DNA of 64,000 bases, taken from positions 1,362 to 65,361 of the forward strand of contig CAYOSW010000005.1 in NCBI GenBank assembly GCA_964406775.1. The letters run 5' to 3'. The notes beneath the pieces were generated by a model. The model did not search any database and was not told the DNA's origin. It saw only the letters and a list, made by a program, of their open reading frames with translations. The position numbers and the translations under genes were made by a program. This DNA is from an uncultured Gammaproteobacteria bacterium (lineage in GTDB: Bacteria; Patescibacteriota; Microgenomatia; Daviesbacterales; UBA10151). Of this stretch, positions 9,890-19,138 are shown one piece after another (positions within the stretch are counted from its first letter, which is position 1; every line of letters starts with the position of its first letter).

Positions 9890-10339
9890 TTATTTAGCTT
9901 CCTCTTTCTTTTCTTCTTTTCTATCTACAATTTCCGCAACTTTTATCGCCGCAGGCGGCAAGCTTTGCTTATCCTTAACTTCATTTCTCGATACCTTAAT
10001 TTTCTTCTCCAACTTAACTTCATCAGTCAAAACTATTTTGATATGACTTGTTCTCTTTTTATAAGGCCTGCCGCGTCCGCGTCCTGCAGTTCCGACTCTG
10101 TAACGGCGCATTTTCAAACCTTCGTTAATCTCAACCGACTTAAAACTTAAGCCTTCTTTTGATCCGGCGTTGGCAATAACGGTCTTAATCGCCTGAGCCA
10201 AAGGTCTGGCTGCCGCATTAGATGTAAACTGCAAAACATCCAAAGCCGCATACGGATCCATTTTTCTGACCATCGTCGCAACCAGCCGCAATTTGCGGGG
10301 CGAGTTCTGTATATTCTTTTGTATTGTTATAAATTCCAT
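9890..10339 (-). CDS. rplV: 50S ribosomal protein L22 with C-terminal extension
   Basis: 149 aa ORF. L22 core (SPRK.RLVA..VR) followed by a K/E-rich tail. Confidence 0.9.
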   Translation of the reverse strand: MEFITIQKNIQNSPRKLRLVATMVRKMDPYAALDVLQFTSNAAARPLAQAIKTVIANAGSKEGLSFKSVEINEGLKMRRYRVGTAGRGRGRPYKKRTSHIKIVLTDEVKLEKKIKVSRNEVKDKQSLPPAAIKVAEIVDRKEEKKEEAK

Positions 10340-10358
10340 ATTTTTTCCCCGCTATTCC

Positions 10359-10646
10359 TTAAGTTTTGGCTGAACTCTTCTCAGTCATTTTTCCGTGTGT
10401 TCTGAAGGTTCTGGTCGGTGCAAATTCTCCTAATTTGTGTCCTACCATAGCTTCGCTTACGTAAACCGTAATAAAGTTTTTACCCTGATGCACCAAAAAA
10501 GTGTGTCCGACGAATTCCGGCGGAATGTCGCATCTTCTTGCCCAGGTTTTGATCGGAGTCTTCGATCCGCCCGGAGCTTTTTGCGCCTGCACTTTTTTCA
10601 TCAATTTCTCGTCAATGTACGGTCCTTTATATGAACTTCTGCTCAT
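10359..10646 (-). CDS. rpsS: 30S ribosomal protein S19
   Basis: 95 aa [15 protein letters not shown]... and GHTF.VH.GK are typical S19 motifs. Confidence 0.95.
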   Translation of the reverse strand: MSRSSYKGPYIDEKLMKKVQAQKAPGGSKTPIKTWARRCDIPPEFVGHTFLVHQGKNFITVYVSEAMVGHKLGEFAPTRTFRTHGKMTEKSSAKT

Positions 10647-11462
10647 TTAAGCCTTTCTCCTTTTTAATATGTATTTGTCTGTCCATTTATTTTTCTTTCT
10701 GGTATTACCTACTGCCGGCCTGCCGTATTTAGTCATAGGCTTCTTCCTTCCGACTCCTGATTTAGCTTCTCCTCCTCCGTGAGGATGGCTTCTCGGATCC
10801 TGGGCTACTCCTCTGACTGTCGGCCTGATACCCATATGTCTTGAGCGTCCGGCTTTACCTAATTCAATATTTTTCCAGTCTTCATTACCCAATGCTCCGA
10901 CAGTCGCCATACAATTTGCATCAACCATTCTTATTTCGGTAGACGGCATTTTTATGTGCACGAATCTGCCTTCTTTTGCCTGAATAATCAGGGATGTTCC
11001 GGCGCTTCTTCCCAATATTCCGCCCTTACCTGCAGTCAGTTCAACGTTGTGAACAACTGTTCCGACAGGCAAGCTTGAGAGTTTTAAAGCATTACCCAAT
11101 TTAATCTCTACTTTACCGCTGGCTACATCGTCTCCTGCTTTAAGTCCTTTCGGAGCCAAAATATATCTTCTTTCTCCGTCTTCGTATTTCAGTAATGCTA
11201 TTTCAACATTACGGTTCGGATCATACTCTAAAGCTTCCACTTTTGCGGTCATATTCACTTTGTCCCTTTTAAAATCAATCATTCTGTAATATCTCTTATG
11301 TCTTCCGCCCTGATGTCTGACTGTAACTTTTCCCCCCGAACGTCCGGCTTTTTTAGGCAATAAGCTTTTTAAACCCTTCGGTGCACCGGGATTTGTCTTA
11401 GGTTTAAGCAATCTTGACGCAAATCTGCGTGTTCTGGTTTTTTCTTTATATGCAATTAACAT
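10647..11462 (-). CDS. rplB: 50S ribosomal protein L2
   Basis: 271 aa ORF with the conserved L2 C-terminal region (GGGEG...G.R..VRG.A.NP.DHPHGGGEG). Confidence 0.95.
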   Translation of the reverse strand: MLIAYKEKTRTRRFASRLLKPKTNPGAPKGLKSLLPKKAGRSGGKVTVRHQGGRHKRYYRMIDFKRDKVNMTAKVEALEYDPNRNVEIALLKYEDGERRYILAPKGLKAGDDVASGKVEIKLGNALKLSSLPVGTVVHNVELTAGKGGILGRSAGTSLIIQAKEGRFVHIKMPSTEIRMVDANCMATVGALGNEDWKNIELGKAGRSRHMGIRPTVRGVAQDPRSHPHGGGEAKSGVGRKKPMTKYGRPAVGNTRKKNKWTDKYILKRRKA

Positions 11463-11947
11463 TAGGCTTTTCCTTTCTTCTCCGGCTTATCGCTTACTTT
11501 TGTTGAACTGGTATGATCTTCCATTCTGGCTAACTTCCTTTTATCGTCTCCGACAGAAGCTGTTTTTTCGATTTTTACCTTTGTACCTTTAAGTAAGCTC
11601 TTCTTTTCTTTGATCTGTGTTACGGGCTCTCCCTCTGCTGTCGTGACCGTGACATCTTCTTCAGGCACAGCCTGTTCAAAGATAGCGATTTTATCACCTT
11701 TTCCGACTTTAACAATGGCTTTCTTTAAATCAGCCTGTTTAAAGTAACCTTTTCTGCTTCTCTGTTGTTTAACTTTTCCGGCTCTATTTAAGGTTTTAAC
11801 CGATAAAACTGTTACTTTAAATTTCTCGGCAACCACCTTGGCGATGAGGTCTTTGTCCGCGTCTTTGTGTACCTCAAAAGTATATAAACCGGTGCGGGTA
11901 AGTCCCATTGATTTCTCGCTGATTAAAGGTCTGATAATTACAGTCAT
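11462..11947 (-). CDS. rplW: 50S ribosomal protein L23 with long C-terminal extension
   Basis: 161 aa ORF. The N-terminal roughly 95 aa form the L23 core (IIRPLISEKS). About 65 extra residues follow. Confidence 0.8.
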   Translation of the reverse strand: MTVIIRPLISEKSMGLTRTGLYTFEVHKDADKDLIAKVVAEKFKVTVLSVKTLNRAGKVKQQRSRKGYFKQADLKKAIVKVGKGDKIAIFEQAVPEEDVTVTTAEGEPVTQIKEKKSLLKGTKVKIEKTASVGDDKRKLARMEDHTSSTKVSDKPEKKGKA

Positions 11948-12720
11948 TACTTTGCCTCCTTAGCCGGTGCTTTTTCTTCTTTTTTTGCAACTTTTTTCTC
12001 AAGAGCTTCAACAGCTTCTTTAGTTAAAAATAAACTCTGAGCTTTAATCACTTCAAAAGCATTCAGGTCTGCAACCGGTATCAGATTTACGTTCTCCAGA
12101 TTGCTTGTAGCTCTTTTTGCCAAGTCGGAAACTTTATCGGTAACGATAAGAGCTGATTTTGTCTCAATATTTTTTATAAATTTGGCGAATTCGGAAGTTT
12201 TACCTGTAACTTTATCGAGACCGGAAATTGCGGAAATGCCTTTATCAAGAAGTTTTTGTGAAAGGGCGGAGACGAGAGACGCTTTTTTCATTTTCTTGGG
12301 AAGGTCAAGGGTGGCTGTTCTGGACTTCGGACCGAGCGCTATACCTCCTCCGACGAAAATAGGAGCTCTGACACCACCGTGACGTGCACGTCCCGTTCCT
12401 TTTTGGCGGTAGATTTTTCTGGTTGAACCTTCGACTTCACCGCGGGTTTTAGTGTTTGAGAAATGACCTTTTTGATTGTTTAAATAAACTCTCAAAGCCT
12501 GAGAAAGGAGAGCTTTGTTCACTTCCGCTCCAAAAACGGATTTAGGAAGATCAAGACTTCCGGATTCTTTTCCTAAAAGAGAGTAAACAGTTACAGAAAA
12601 TCCGGAAGTTTTCGCGGAAGCTTTTACCGCCGGCTTAACTGCAATTTCTGCCTCAACTTTTTCAATTTTAGCTTTGGGTGCAGCTTTTTTAACAGTGGTT
12701 TCTTTTTTTGCGATAGCCAT
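11947..12720 (-). CDS. rplD: 50S ribosomal protein L4 with K/A/E-rich N- and C-terminal extensions
   Basis: 257 aa ORF with the L4 core (SNTKTRGEV.GS.RK.YRQKGTGRAR.G). Conserved order rplC-rplD-rplW. Confidence 0.85.
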   Translation of the reverse strand: MAIAKKETTVKKAAPKAKIEKVEAEIAVKPAVKASAKTSGFSVTVYSLLGKESGSLDLPKSVFGAEVNKALLSQALRVYLNNQKGHFSNTKTRGEVEGSTRKIYRQKGTGRARHGGVRAPIFVGGGIALGPKSRTATLDLPKKMKKASLVSALSQKLLDKGISAISGLDKVTGKTSEFAKFIKNIETKSALIVTDKVSDLAKRATSNLENVNLIPVADLNAFEVIKAQSLFLTKEAVEALEKKVAKKEEKAPAKEAK

Positions 12721-13550
12721 TATTTTGTCTCCTCTTCAGCTTTTACCTCTTCGGCCGGAGCTTCATTTACTTCTTCTTTTGGTGCTTCAGCTGCGGGCTC
12801 GGATGCGGCGGCTTCTTCAGGAACCTCTGTTGTGTCTCCTGCTGCCATTTGTTCTTTATCTGAAGGTACTTCTTCCTCGTCCTCTTTCTCTTCAGGAGGA
12901 GGTGTATAACCTTTGATAACGCCGGTTTTTGTAATTAATACGAGTCCTCCGTAAGGACCGGGGATTGAGCCTTTAATACTGACTACGTTATTTGTTCTGT
13001 CAACTGCGATCACTTCAAGTCCGCGGGTTGTTGCTGTTTCCGCACCCATATGACCTGCCATTCTTTTTCCCTTTAAAACACGTCCCGGAGTTGTACCCGT
13101 ACCGATTGATCCCGGTGCGCGGTGCCTGTCCGATTGTCCGTGTGTTTTAGGTCCTCCGTGGAATCCGTGGCGTCTCACGCCTCCCTGGAAACCGCGTCCT
13201 TTTTCGGTTCCGGTTACTTTAACTTCATCGCCTTTTCTGACAACCTGATTGGCTTTAATTTCTTTACCGTTTTCCAGTCCGCTTAAATCGCTCTCCTGGA
13301 CTCTTACTTCTTTTACGAATCTTAAGTTCTCGGCAACTCCGGCTTTTTTGAAGTGTCCCTGCTGAGGCTTCTTTACGCTTTTTTTGGTGGATGCTGCGAT
13401 CTGTACGGAGTTATAGCCTTCTTTATCGGTAGTTTTAATTTGAGTCACGAAATTGGGCTCAACTAAAACTTTAGTTATAGCCACTCTGCGGCCGCGGGTA
13501 TCATAACCCGAACTCATCTCTTTTTTTATACCAAGTATTGTTTGAATCAC
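12720..13550 (-). CDS. rplC: 50S ribosomal protein L3 with acidic C-terminal extension
   Basis: 276 aa ORF with the L3 core (MIQTILGIKKEM...GKGFQGGV.RHGF). Roughly 60 aa E/P/A-rich tail. The start codon is GTG on the minus strand (plus-strand CAC at 13548..13550, reverse complement GTG). Confidence 0.9.
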   Translation of the reverse strand: MIQTILGIKKEMSSGYDTRGRRVAITKVLVEPNFVTQIKTTDKEGYNSVQIAASTKKSVKKPQQGHFKKAGVAENLRFVKEVRVQESDLSGLENGKEIKANQVVRKGDEVKVTGTEKGRGFQGGVRRHGFHGGPKTHGQSDRHRAPGSIGTGTTPGRVLKGKRMAGHMGAETATTRGLEVIAVDRTNNVVSIKGSIPGPYGGLVLITKTGVIKGYTPPPEEKEDEEEVPSDKEQMAAGDTTEVPEEAAASEPAAEAPKEEVNEAPAEEVKAEEETK

Positions 13551-13570
13551 GTTTTTTTATTTCCTTTTTT

Positions 13571-13610
13571 TAAACAAGAAAAAAGTGAGTCCGGTTGCCC
13601 GGTACTCACT
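13571..13610 (-). terminator. intrinsic-terminator-like GC hairpin followed by a U-run (on minus strand), just upstream of the rplC RBS
   Basis: The plus strand reads aaaaaagtgagtccggttgcccggtactcact. Read on the minus strand this is the stem agtgagt ... actcact with a GC-rich inner ccgg ... ccgg, then a UUUUUCUUGUUU tract. Confidence 0.5.
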
Positions 13611-13817
13611 TCAGTAAATCGCCATATTACCAATCGCCGTATCTAACCTGTCTGCTCGACGCGCGACTAACTGAAAAGTATTTCTTTTTAAATCAACAAG
13701 CTTTAAGCATGTAGTCTTGGAATTCTAGCAGACCCCGTGCGTAAATGCAAGCGACAGTGAAGCTGTCGTCCTGAACGGAGTGAAGGATCTCTAGCGTATG
13801 CGAGTTACAATAAGTTT

Positions 13818-14123
13818 ATGCCTCATTATGTATATATTCTGACCAACAAATCTTATACTTTATATGCCGGGTCATCGAAAAATCTGTTTCGCAGAGTTAA
13901 TGAACATACTCGAAAAAAATCTAAGTTTGGATTTACTGCAAAATATAATCTCAACAAATTAATTTACTTCAAAGAGGTTGAAACCTACCGTGAAGCTATA
14001 GAACTGGAGAGAAAAATTAAGGGATGGACAAGAAAAAAGAAAATAGAGCTGATAAAAAGTTTGAATCCGGAATTCAGGGATTTAGCGGATCAATCTGAAA
14101 CAAGTTCAGAGATCCTTCGCTAA
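13818..14123 (+). CDS. GIY-YIG nuclease superfamily protein, YhbQ/UPF0213-like
   Basis: 101 aa ORF starting MPHYVYILTNKSYTLYAGSSKNLFRRVNEH, the GIY-YIG N-terminal motif. Plus-strand gene lying between the minus-strand rpsJ and rplC genes. Confidence 0.75.
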   Translation: MPHYVYILTNKSYTLYAGSSKNLFRRVNEHTRKKSKFGFTAKYNLNKLIYFKEVETYREAIELERKIKGWTRKKKIELIKSLNPEFRDLADQSETSSEILR

Positions 14124-14145
14124 GAGCTCAGGATGACGCTTCTCG

Positions 14146-14454
14146 TCACATCTTAACTTCGATATCAACGCCTGCAGGTAATTCCAAGTGCATTAAGGAA
14201 TCGATTGTCTTATCTGTCGGTTCAATAATCTCAACAATTCTTTTGTGAACTTTAATTTCGAAAGCTTCCTGGGAATTTTTATCGGTAAATGTGGATTTCG
14301 GGACTGTAATAACGGATCTTTTTGTGGGTAAAGGGATCGGGCCGGCAATTTTTGCACCTGTTCGCAAAGCAGTATCAAGCAACTGCTCGCAAGTGCTGTC
14401 TAAAACTCTATAATCAAATGATTTAAGTCTGACTCTAATTCTGCCTTTTGCCAT
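14146..14454 (-). CDS. rpsJ: 30S ribosomal protein S10
   Basis: 102 aa ORF with a typical S10 N-terminus (MAKGRIRVRLKSFD...L...KRSVITVPKS). Confidence 0.95.
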   Translation of the reverse strand: MAKGRIRVRLKSFDYRVLDSTCEQLLDTALRTGAKIAGPIPLPTKRSVITVPKSTFTDKNSQEAFEIKVHKRIVEIIEPTDKTIDSLMHLELPAGVDIEVKM

Positions 14455-14493
14455 ATTTCCCTTTCAACGTGCCAATTATACACCCTATATACC

Positions 14494-14514
14494 AAAAAAG
14501 AGCCTTTTGGGCTC
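14494..14514 (-). terminator. rho-independent terminator downstream of tuf
   Basis: Plus strand aaaaaag agccttttgggctc. On the minus strand this is the hairpin gagcccaaaaggctc followed by a UUUUUU run. It lies 25 to 45 nt after the tuf stop. Confidence 0.6.
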
Positions 14515-14538
14515 ATTTTGTATGAGATTTCATCTCAT

Positions 14539-15717
14539 TTAGGAGATAATTTTAGTAATAACTCCTGCTCCAACGGTTTTACCACCTTCGCGGATAGCAA
14601 ACCTTAAGCCTTCTTCCATAGCAACCGGAGTAATAAGTTTTACGTTAATTTTAGTTGTATCTCCGGGCATAGCCATTTCAACACCTTCAGGAAGTATAAC
14701 TTCTCCGGTCACGTCAGTTGTTCTGACATAAAACTGAGGTCTGTATCCTTTAAAGAAAGGTGTGTGTCTTCCGCCTTCGTCTTTACCCAAGATATAGATT
14801 TCAGCTTCAAATTCTGCGTGAGGTTTAATGGATCCCGGTTTTGCGAGAACTTGTCCGCGCTCTACATCGTCTTTTTCAATTCCGCGGAGCAATACTCCGG
14901 CGTTGTCTCCGGCTTCTCCCTGATCAAGTAATTTGTGGAACATTTCGATACCTGTTACAACTGATTTAGTTGTAGGTCTGATTCCGACAATTTCGATTTC
15001 CTCGTTGATCTTAACAACTCCTCTTTCGATTCTTCCTGTTACAACGGTTCCGCGTCCTTTAATTGAGAAAACGTCTTCAACAGCCATAAGGAAAGGCTTG
15101 TCTTTTTCGCGTACAGGGGTCGGAATCCATTCGTCTACCGCATTCATTAAGTCTTCTATTTCTTTTACTGCTTCTGCATCGCCTTCAAGAGCTTTTTTAG
15201 CAGATCCGCGGATAATAGGTGAATTTGAATCAAATTCATATTTCTTAAGTAAGTCGCGAACTTCTTCTTCAACAAGCTCAAGAAGTTCAGGATCGTCAAC
15301 CATATCGCATTTGTTAAGGAAAACAACAATAGCCGGAACTCCAACTTGTTTTGCAAGCAGTAAGTGCTCTCTTGTCTGAGGCATAGGTCCGTCCGGAGCG
15401 GAAACAACGAGGATTGCACCGTCAGTCTGAGCTGCACCGGTAATCATATTCTTGATGTAGTCTGCGTGACCAGGCATATCGATGTGTGCGTAGTGTCTTT
15501 TTTCTGTTTGATATTCCTGGTGAGAAATGTTGATTGTGATTCCGCGGGCTCTTTCTTCAGGAGCTGAATCGATTTGGTCGTATGCTCTGAATTCTGCCAT
15601 TCCTTTGTCTGCGAGGACTTTGGTAATAGCTGCGGTTAAGGTTGTCTTCCCGTGGTCAACGTGACCCATTGTTCCGACGTTTACGTGTGGTTTTGATCTG
15701 TCAAATGTTCCTGCCAT
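14539..15717 (-). CDS. tuf: elongation factor Tu
   Basis: 392 aa ORF with [23 protein letters not shown] and NKCD GTPase motifs. Confidence 0.97.
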   Translation of the reverse strand: MAGTFDRSKPHVNVGTMGHVDHGKTTLTAAITKVLADKGMAEFRAYDQIDSAPEERARGITINISHQEYQTEKRHYAHIDMPGHADYIKNMITGAAQTDGAILVVSAPDGPMPQTREHLLLAKQVGVPAIVVFLNKCDMVDDPELLELVEEEVRDLLKKYEFDSNSPIIRGSAKKALEGDAEAVKEIEDLMNAVDEWIPTPVREKDKPFLMAVEDVFSIKGRGTVVTGRIERGVVKINEEIEIVGIRPTTKSVVTGIEMFHKLLDQGEAGDNAGVLLRGIEKDDVERGQVLAKPGSIKPHAEFEAEIYILGKDEGGRHTPFFKGYRPQFYVRTTDVTGEVILPEGVEMAMPGDTTKINVKLITPVAMEEGLRFAIREGGKTVGAGVITKIIS

Positions 15718-15878
15718 TTTAGTTTATTTATTTTACTTTAACTAATTTAATTTTTCAATGCCTAGCCCAATAAGTCGAATTCTTCGACTTGCGCCTATCG
15801 GCATAAAAAACCAGCCGTAAAGTCAAGCTGGATTTGAGAATCATACACAATGTGTTTAAAAAATGCAAGGGGTGTATT

Positions 15879-15898
15879 TTGAGGCTAATTAGCCTCAA
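15879..15898. promoter_or_regulatory. perfect 20-nt palindrome in the divergent tuf / ORF208 promoter region (possible operator)
   Basis: ttgaggctaattagcctcaa equals its own reverse complement. It lies 18 to 37 nt upstream of the ATG at 15916. No U-run follows it on either strand. Confidence 0.35.
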
Positions 15899-15915
15899 AA
15901 ACAACGGTCGGGTTA

Positions 15916-16542
15916 GTGTCAAAGTTTCGTCCAGCAAGCCGGTCAGGGTTCATCTATAGTTTCCGTATGTCAGCCCAACCGGAAGCAGCAGTCGGCTATA
16001 GCCGTTTATTTCAATACTCCGCTACGGCAGAAGAGAGAGGTATAGTTGCAGACCAACCTGCACCGGAAATAAATCCGTCAGCACTTTCGGAGCTTTTAAG
16101 AGATGCTCTCCCCATCGGCCGGCCCGGTGAACTGGAACTCAGACACCCTTTCAGAGTTATTATTACGGCCTTATCGGTGACGGGAGACGATTACGCTGCC
16201 TACTTACCCGATGTTGAATCCGCACTCGATAAAACAGATACCGGACAGGTTACCGAAATTGGCGTCAGCGTTACTTTAGCCGGATCCGATATTCAGCCTG
16301 ACCGCGAAGCAGGACCTTTTATTAATCCGCTTCGTCTTTATGACGGAAAAACCGGATCCCTGGGTTTAAGCACAGTTACAGCTAACTTCCTCCTGGCTGC
16401 CGGAATAAGAAGACAGGCCGGAAGGATAAGAACGGGGTTTTCCCAGCCTCACGATACCCGGGATATGTACGGCTTTGCAAAACAAAGGACCGACCGGATG
16501 ATTGCCGGGCAGATTGAACCGGTTATCAGACTTAATACTTGA
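15916..16542 (+). CDS. hypothetical protein (A/G/R/P-rich, no recognisable domain), GC-richer than its surroundings
   Basis: 208 aa uninterrupted ORF in a segment that is visibly GC-richer than the flanking genes. No motif recognised. Inserted between tuf and fusA, on the strand opposite to both. Confidence 0.45.
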   Translation: MSKFRPASRSGFIYSFRMSAQPEAAVGYSRLFQYSATAEERGIVADQPAPEINPSALSELLRDALPIGRPGELELRHPFRVIITALSVTGDDYAAYLPDVESALDKTDTGQVTEIGVSVTLAGSDIQPDREAGPFINPLRLYDGKTGSLGLSTVTANFLLAAGIRRQAGRIRTGFSQPHDTRDMYGFAKQRTDRMIAGQIEPVIRLNT

Positions 16543-16574
16543 TAATCTTCTTATATATTTATATGGTTAAGTAA

Positions 16575-16952
16575 GTGAAGCATCAGTCAGGAATTGCCCA
16601 GGTTTATTTTCTTTTGATTATTCTTGCCGGAATTGCGATTTCTGTTTTCCTTGTTCAATATACTCAGGTTTTTAAACCCAAAGCTTATTCAGACGATGAG
16701 CTTGCCGCTTATTGCCAGGAAATTACCCAAAACAATACACCTAAAGGAGCCGGTCTTATCAGAATACCTGCCACGGCTCTGGACGGAAGATTTCAGGTCA
16801 TTGATGACTCGGTGGTTGACACCCAAAGCGGAGCGGCATTCTTTTACCTTGATTCATCAGACGGAACTCTGCGGGTACGGCGGAATCTTGATAATACCAA
16901 CGATAACGAAGAGAATAACCAGTTTATTGAAGTTTATATAGATAACCCTTAG
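16575..16952 (+). CDS. small membrane-anchored or secreted protein
   Basis: 125 aa ORF with an N-terminal hydrophobic helix (VYFLLIILAGIAISVFLV) and a polar, Asn/Asp-rich C-terminus. Ends 6 nt before the fusA stop, so the two genes are convergent. Confidence 0.45.
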   Translation: MKHQSGIAQVYFLLIILAGIAISVFLVQYTQVFKPKAYSDDELAAYCQEITQNNTPKGAGLIRIPATALDGRFQVIDDSVVDTQSGAAFFYLDSSDGTLRVRRNLDNTNDNEENNQFIEVYIDNP

Positions 16953-16957
16953 AAGAT

Positions 16958-19099
16958 TTAACTTTCAACTCTTCCGGTAAATCCGGAATCAGCAATAACT
17001 TTTTGAGTGATATTTGAAGGAACGGGCTCGTAATGTGATGGTTCAATATATGCTGTTGCTCTTCCCTGGGACATTGAACGGATAGCGGTAATATAGCCAG
17101 AAAGTTCAGCCAAAGGAACGAAGGCGTTGATAACAGTTGCATTTCCCCTCTTTTCGGTTCCCTGGATCTGGGCTCTTTTTGAGGATAAGTCTCCGATTAA
17201 ATCTCCCATAAATTCATCAGGAGTTGAAACCTCAACCTTCATTATCGGCTCAAGGAGAATCAAACCTGCTTTTTTGGCAGCTTCGGAAAGTCCTAAGGAA
17301 CCGGCAATCTTAAAGGCCATTTCCGAAGAATCAACATCGTGGAATGATCCGTCGTAAACCGTAACTTTAATATCCACAACCGGGAATCCTGCAAGCAGTC
17401 CGGTATCTTCTTTTTCTTCAACACCCTTACCGATAGGCGCAATGAATTCTTTCGGAATAGCTCCTCCGACGATTTCGGAAACGAATTCACGTCCGGTTCC
17501 TCTCGGGAGAGGCTCAATTCTGAGTAAACAGTGACCGTACTGACCGCGTCCTCCGGTTTGGCGCACATACTTACCTTCTCCTGTTGCCGGAAGAGTTATT
17601 GTTTCTTTATAGGCAACCTGAGGATCTCCGACGTTGGCTTCAACTTTAAATTCCCTCTTCATACGGTCAACGATAATTTCCAAATGAAGCTCACCCATTC
17701 CGGAAATTATTGTCTGTCCGGTTTCAGGGTTGGCTTTAACTCTGAAAGTCGGATCTTCTTCTGCCAGTCTTTGCAGAGCGAGTCCTAATTTTTCCTGATC
17801 GGATTTGGTTTTAGGCTCTATTGCAAGTGAGATAACGGGTTCTGCAAAGTTGATCGATTCCAAAACTAACGGATTTCCTTCATCAACAATTGAATCTCCG
17901 GTAATTGTATCTTTAAGACCCACAACCGCAACGATTTCTCCAGCATATGCTTCATCAATTTCTTCACGGTCGTTGGCGTGCATTAAAAGCACCCGGCCAA
18001 TACGTTCTTTGATTTGTTTTGTAGAATTGTAAATAGTTGATCCGGCTTTTAATGTTCCGGAATAAACTCTGACATAAGTTAAACGGCCGACGTGAGGATC
18101 AATCTGAATTTTAAAAGCGAGAGCCCCGAGAGGTGCATCTTTTGTGTTTGACTGAGTTACTTCTTCTCCTGTTTGGGAATTTTTACCCTTAACGTTCGGG
18201 ATATCAAGAGGTGAAGGTAAAAATTCCATAACCGCATCGAGCATTGGTTGCACACCTTTATTGCGCAGTGATGAGCCTGCCATAACCGGAACGATCTTTT
18301 TAGCGATAACTGCAGCTCTTAACGCTTTTTTAAGCTCATCGATTGAGATCTCTTCACCGTTTAAGTATTTCTCGAGCAGAACCTCGTCAGTTGAGGCAAT
18401 CTCCTCAACTAATTTCTCGCGGTGTTTTTTAACTTCATCAACCATATCGGCCGGAATGGGCTGTTCCTCAAATTTAGCGCCGGTCTGATCACCGAGCCAA
18501 ATCCAAGCCTTTTCGGTTAAAAGATCAACTATCCCTTTGAAATCGTTTTCAACACCAATAGGTAAGTTATAAGGAAGAGCATTCGCACCCAGGCGGTCAC
18601 GGGCGGATTGGATAGTTCCCAAAAAGTCAGCGCCTAAAACATCCATTTTATTGGAGAAGGCAATCAAAGGTACACCGTATTTATCTGCCTGTCTCCAGAC
18701 AGTTTCGGTTTGGGACTGAACACCTGAAGCCGAATCAAGAACTATGACTCCCCCGTCAAGCACACGAAGCGAACGCTCAACCTCAACTGTAAAGTCAACG
18801 TGACCGGGAGTATCGATTAAGTTAATCCGGAATTCTTCATCTTTGAAAGGACCGGATTTGGGAGTCCAGAAAGTGGTAACAGCTGCGGATACGATAGTAA
18901 TACCGCGCTCGCGCTCCTGTTCCATCCAATCGGTGGTGGTTGTACCTTCATCAATATCACCGATCTTATAAGTACGTCCGGTATAAAAAAGAATACGTTC
19001 GGTGGTAGTAGTTTTTCCCGCATCAATGTGGGCAATGATCCCGATATTTCTGATACGGTCTAACGGAAAATCGCGTTTTGTTTTCGTTGTAACTGCCAT
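16958..19099 (-). CDS. fusA: elongation factor G
   Basis: 713 aa ORF with [20 protein letters not shown] and NKMD motifs and the EF-G domain IV/V region. Confidence 0.97.
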   Translation of the reverse strand: MAVTTKTKRDFPLDRIRNIGIIAHIDAGKTTTTERILFYTGRTYKIGDIDEGTTTTDWMEQERERGITIVSAAVTTFWTPKSGPFKDEEFRINLIDTPGHVDFTVEVERSLRVLDGGVIVLDSASGVQSQTETVWRQADKYGVPLIAFSNKMDVLGADFLGTIQSARDRLGANALPYNLPIGVENDFKGIVDLLTEKAWIWLGDQTGAKFEEQPIPADMVDEVKKHREKLVEEIASTDEVLLEKYLNGEEISIDELKKALRAAVIAKKIVPVMAGSSLRNKGVQPMLDAVMEFLPSPLDIPNVKGKNSQTGEEVTQSNTKDAPLGALAFKIQIDPHVGRLTYVRVYSGTLKAGSTIYNSTKQIKERIGRVLLMHANDREEIDEAYAGEIVAVVGLKDTITGDSIVDEGNPLVLESINFAEPVISLAIEPKTKSDQEKLGLALQRLAEEDPTFRVKANPETGQTIISGMGELHLEIIVDRMKREFKVEANVGDPQVAYKETITLPATGEGKYVRQTGGRGQYGHCLLRIEPLPRGTGREFVSEIVGGAIPKEFIAPIGKGVEEKEDTGLLAGFPVVDIKVTVYDGSFHDVDSSEMAFKIAGSLGLSEAAKKAGLILLEPIMKVEVSTPDEFMGDLIGDLSSKRAQIQGTEKRGNATVINAFVPLAELSGYITAIRSMSQGRATAYIEPSHYEPVPSNITQKVIADSGFTGRVES

Positions 19100-19138
19100 A
19101 GCGAGATATTCTACCTTGAAGCGGAGATAAAAACAAGG

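Noticed and set aside
14193-14378. 61-aa ORF in another frame within rpsJ.
   Set aside because: Embedded in the S10 gene on the same strand, in a different frame. It is a shadow ORF.
15916-16542. GC-rich ORF208 considered as a structured RNA (RNase P RNA, tmRNA or SRP RNA) rather than a CDS.
   Set aside because: None of the conserved motifs were found on either strand. These include the P4 GGAAAGUCCGGGCUCC / ACAGAACCCGGCUUA, the tmRNA TTCGA T-loop with CCA end, and the SRP GGAAGCAGCCAAGG domain IV. Only a weak GGAAGCAGC fragment is present. A 208-codon open frame is unlikely by chance. It is kept as a hypothetical CDS with reduced confidence.
16624-16941. 105-aa alternate-frame ORF overlapping the 125-aa membrane-protein ORF.
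   Set aside because: Same strand but a different frame. The 125-aa frame has the N-terminal hydrophobic helix and starts nearer the upstream gene, so the 105-aa frame is considered spurious.
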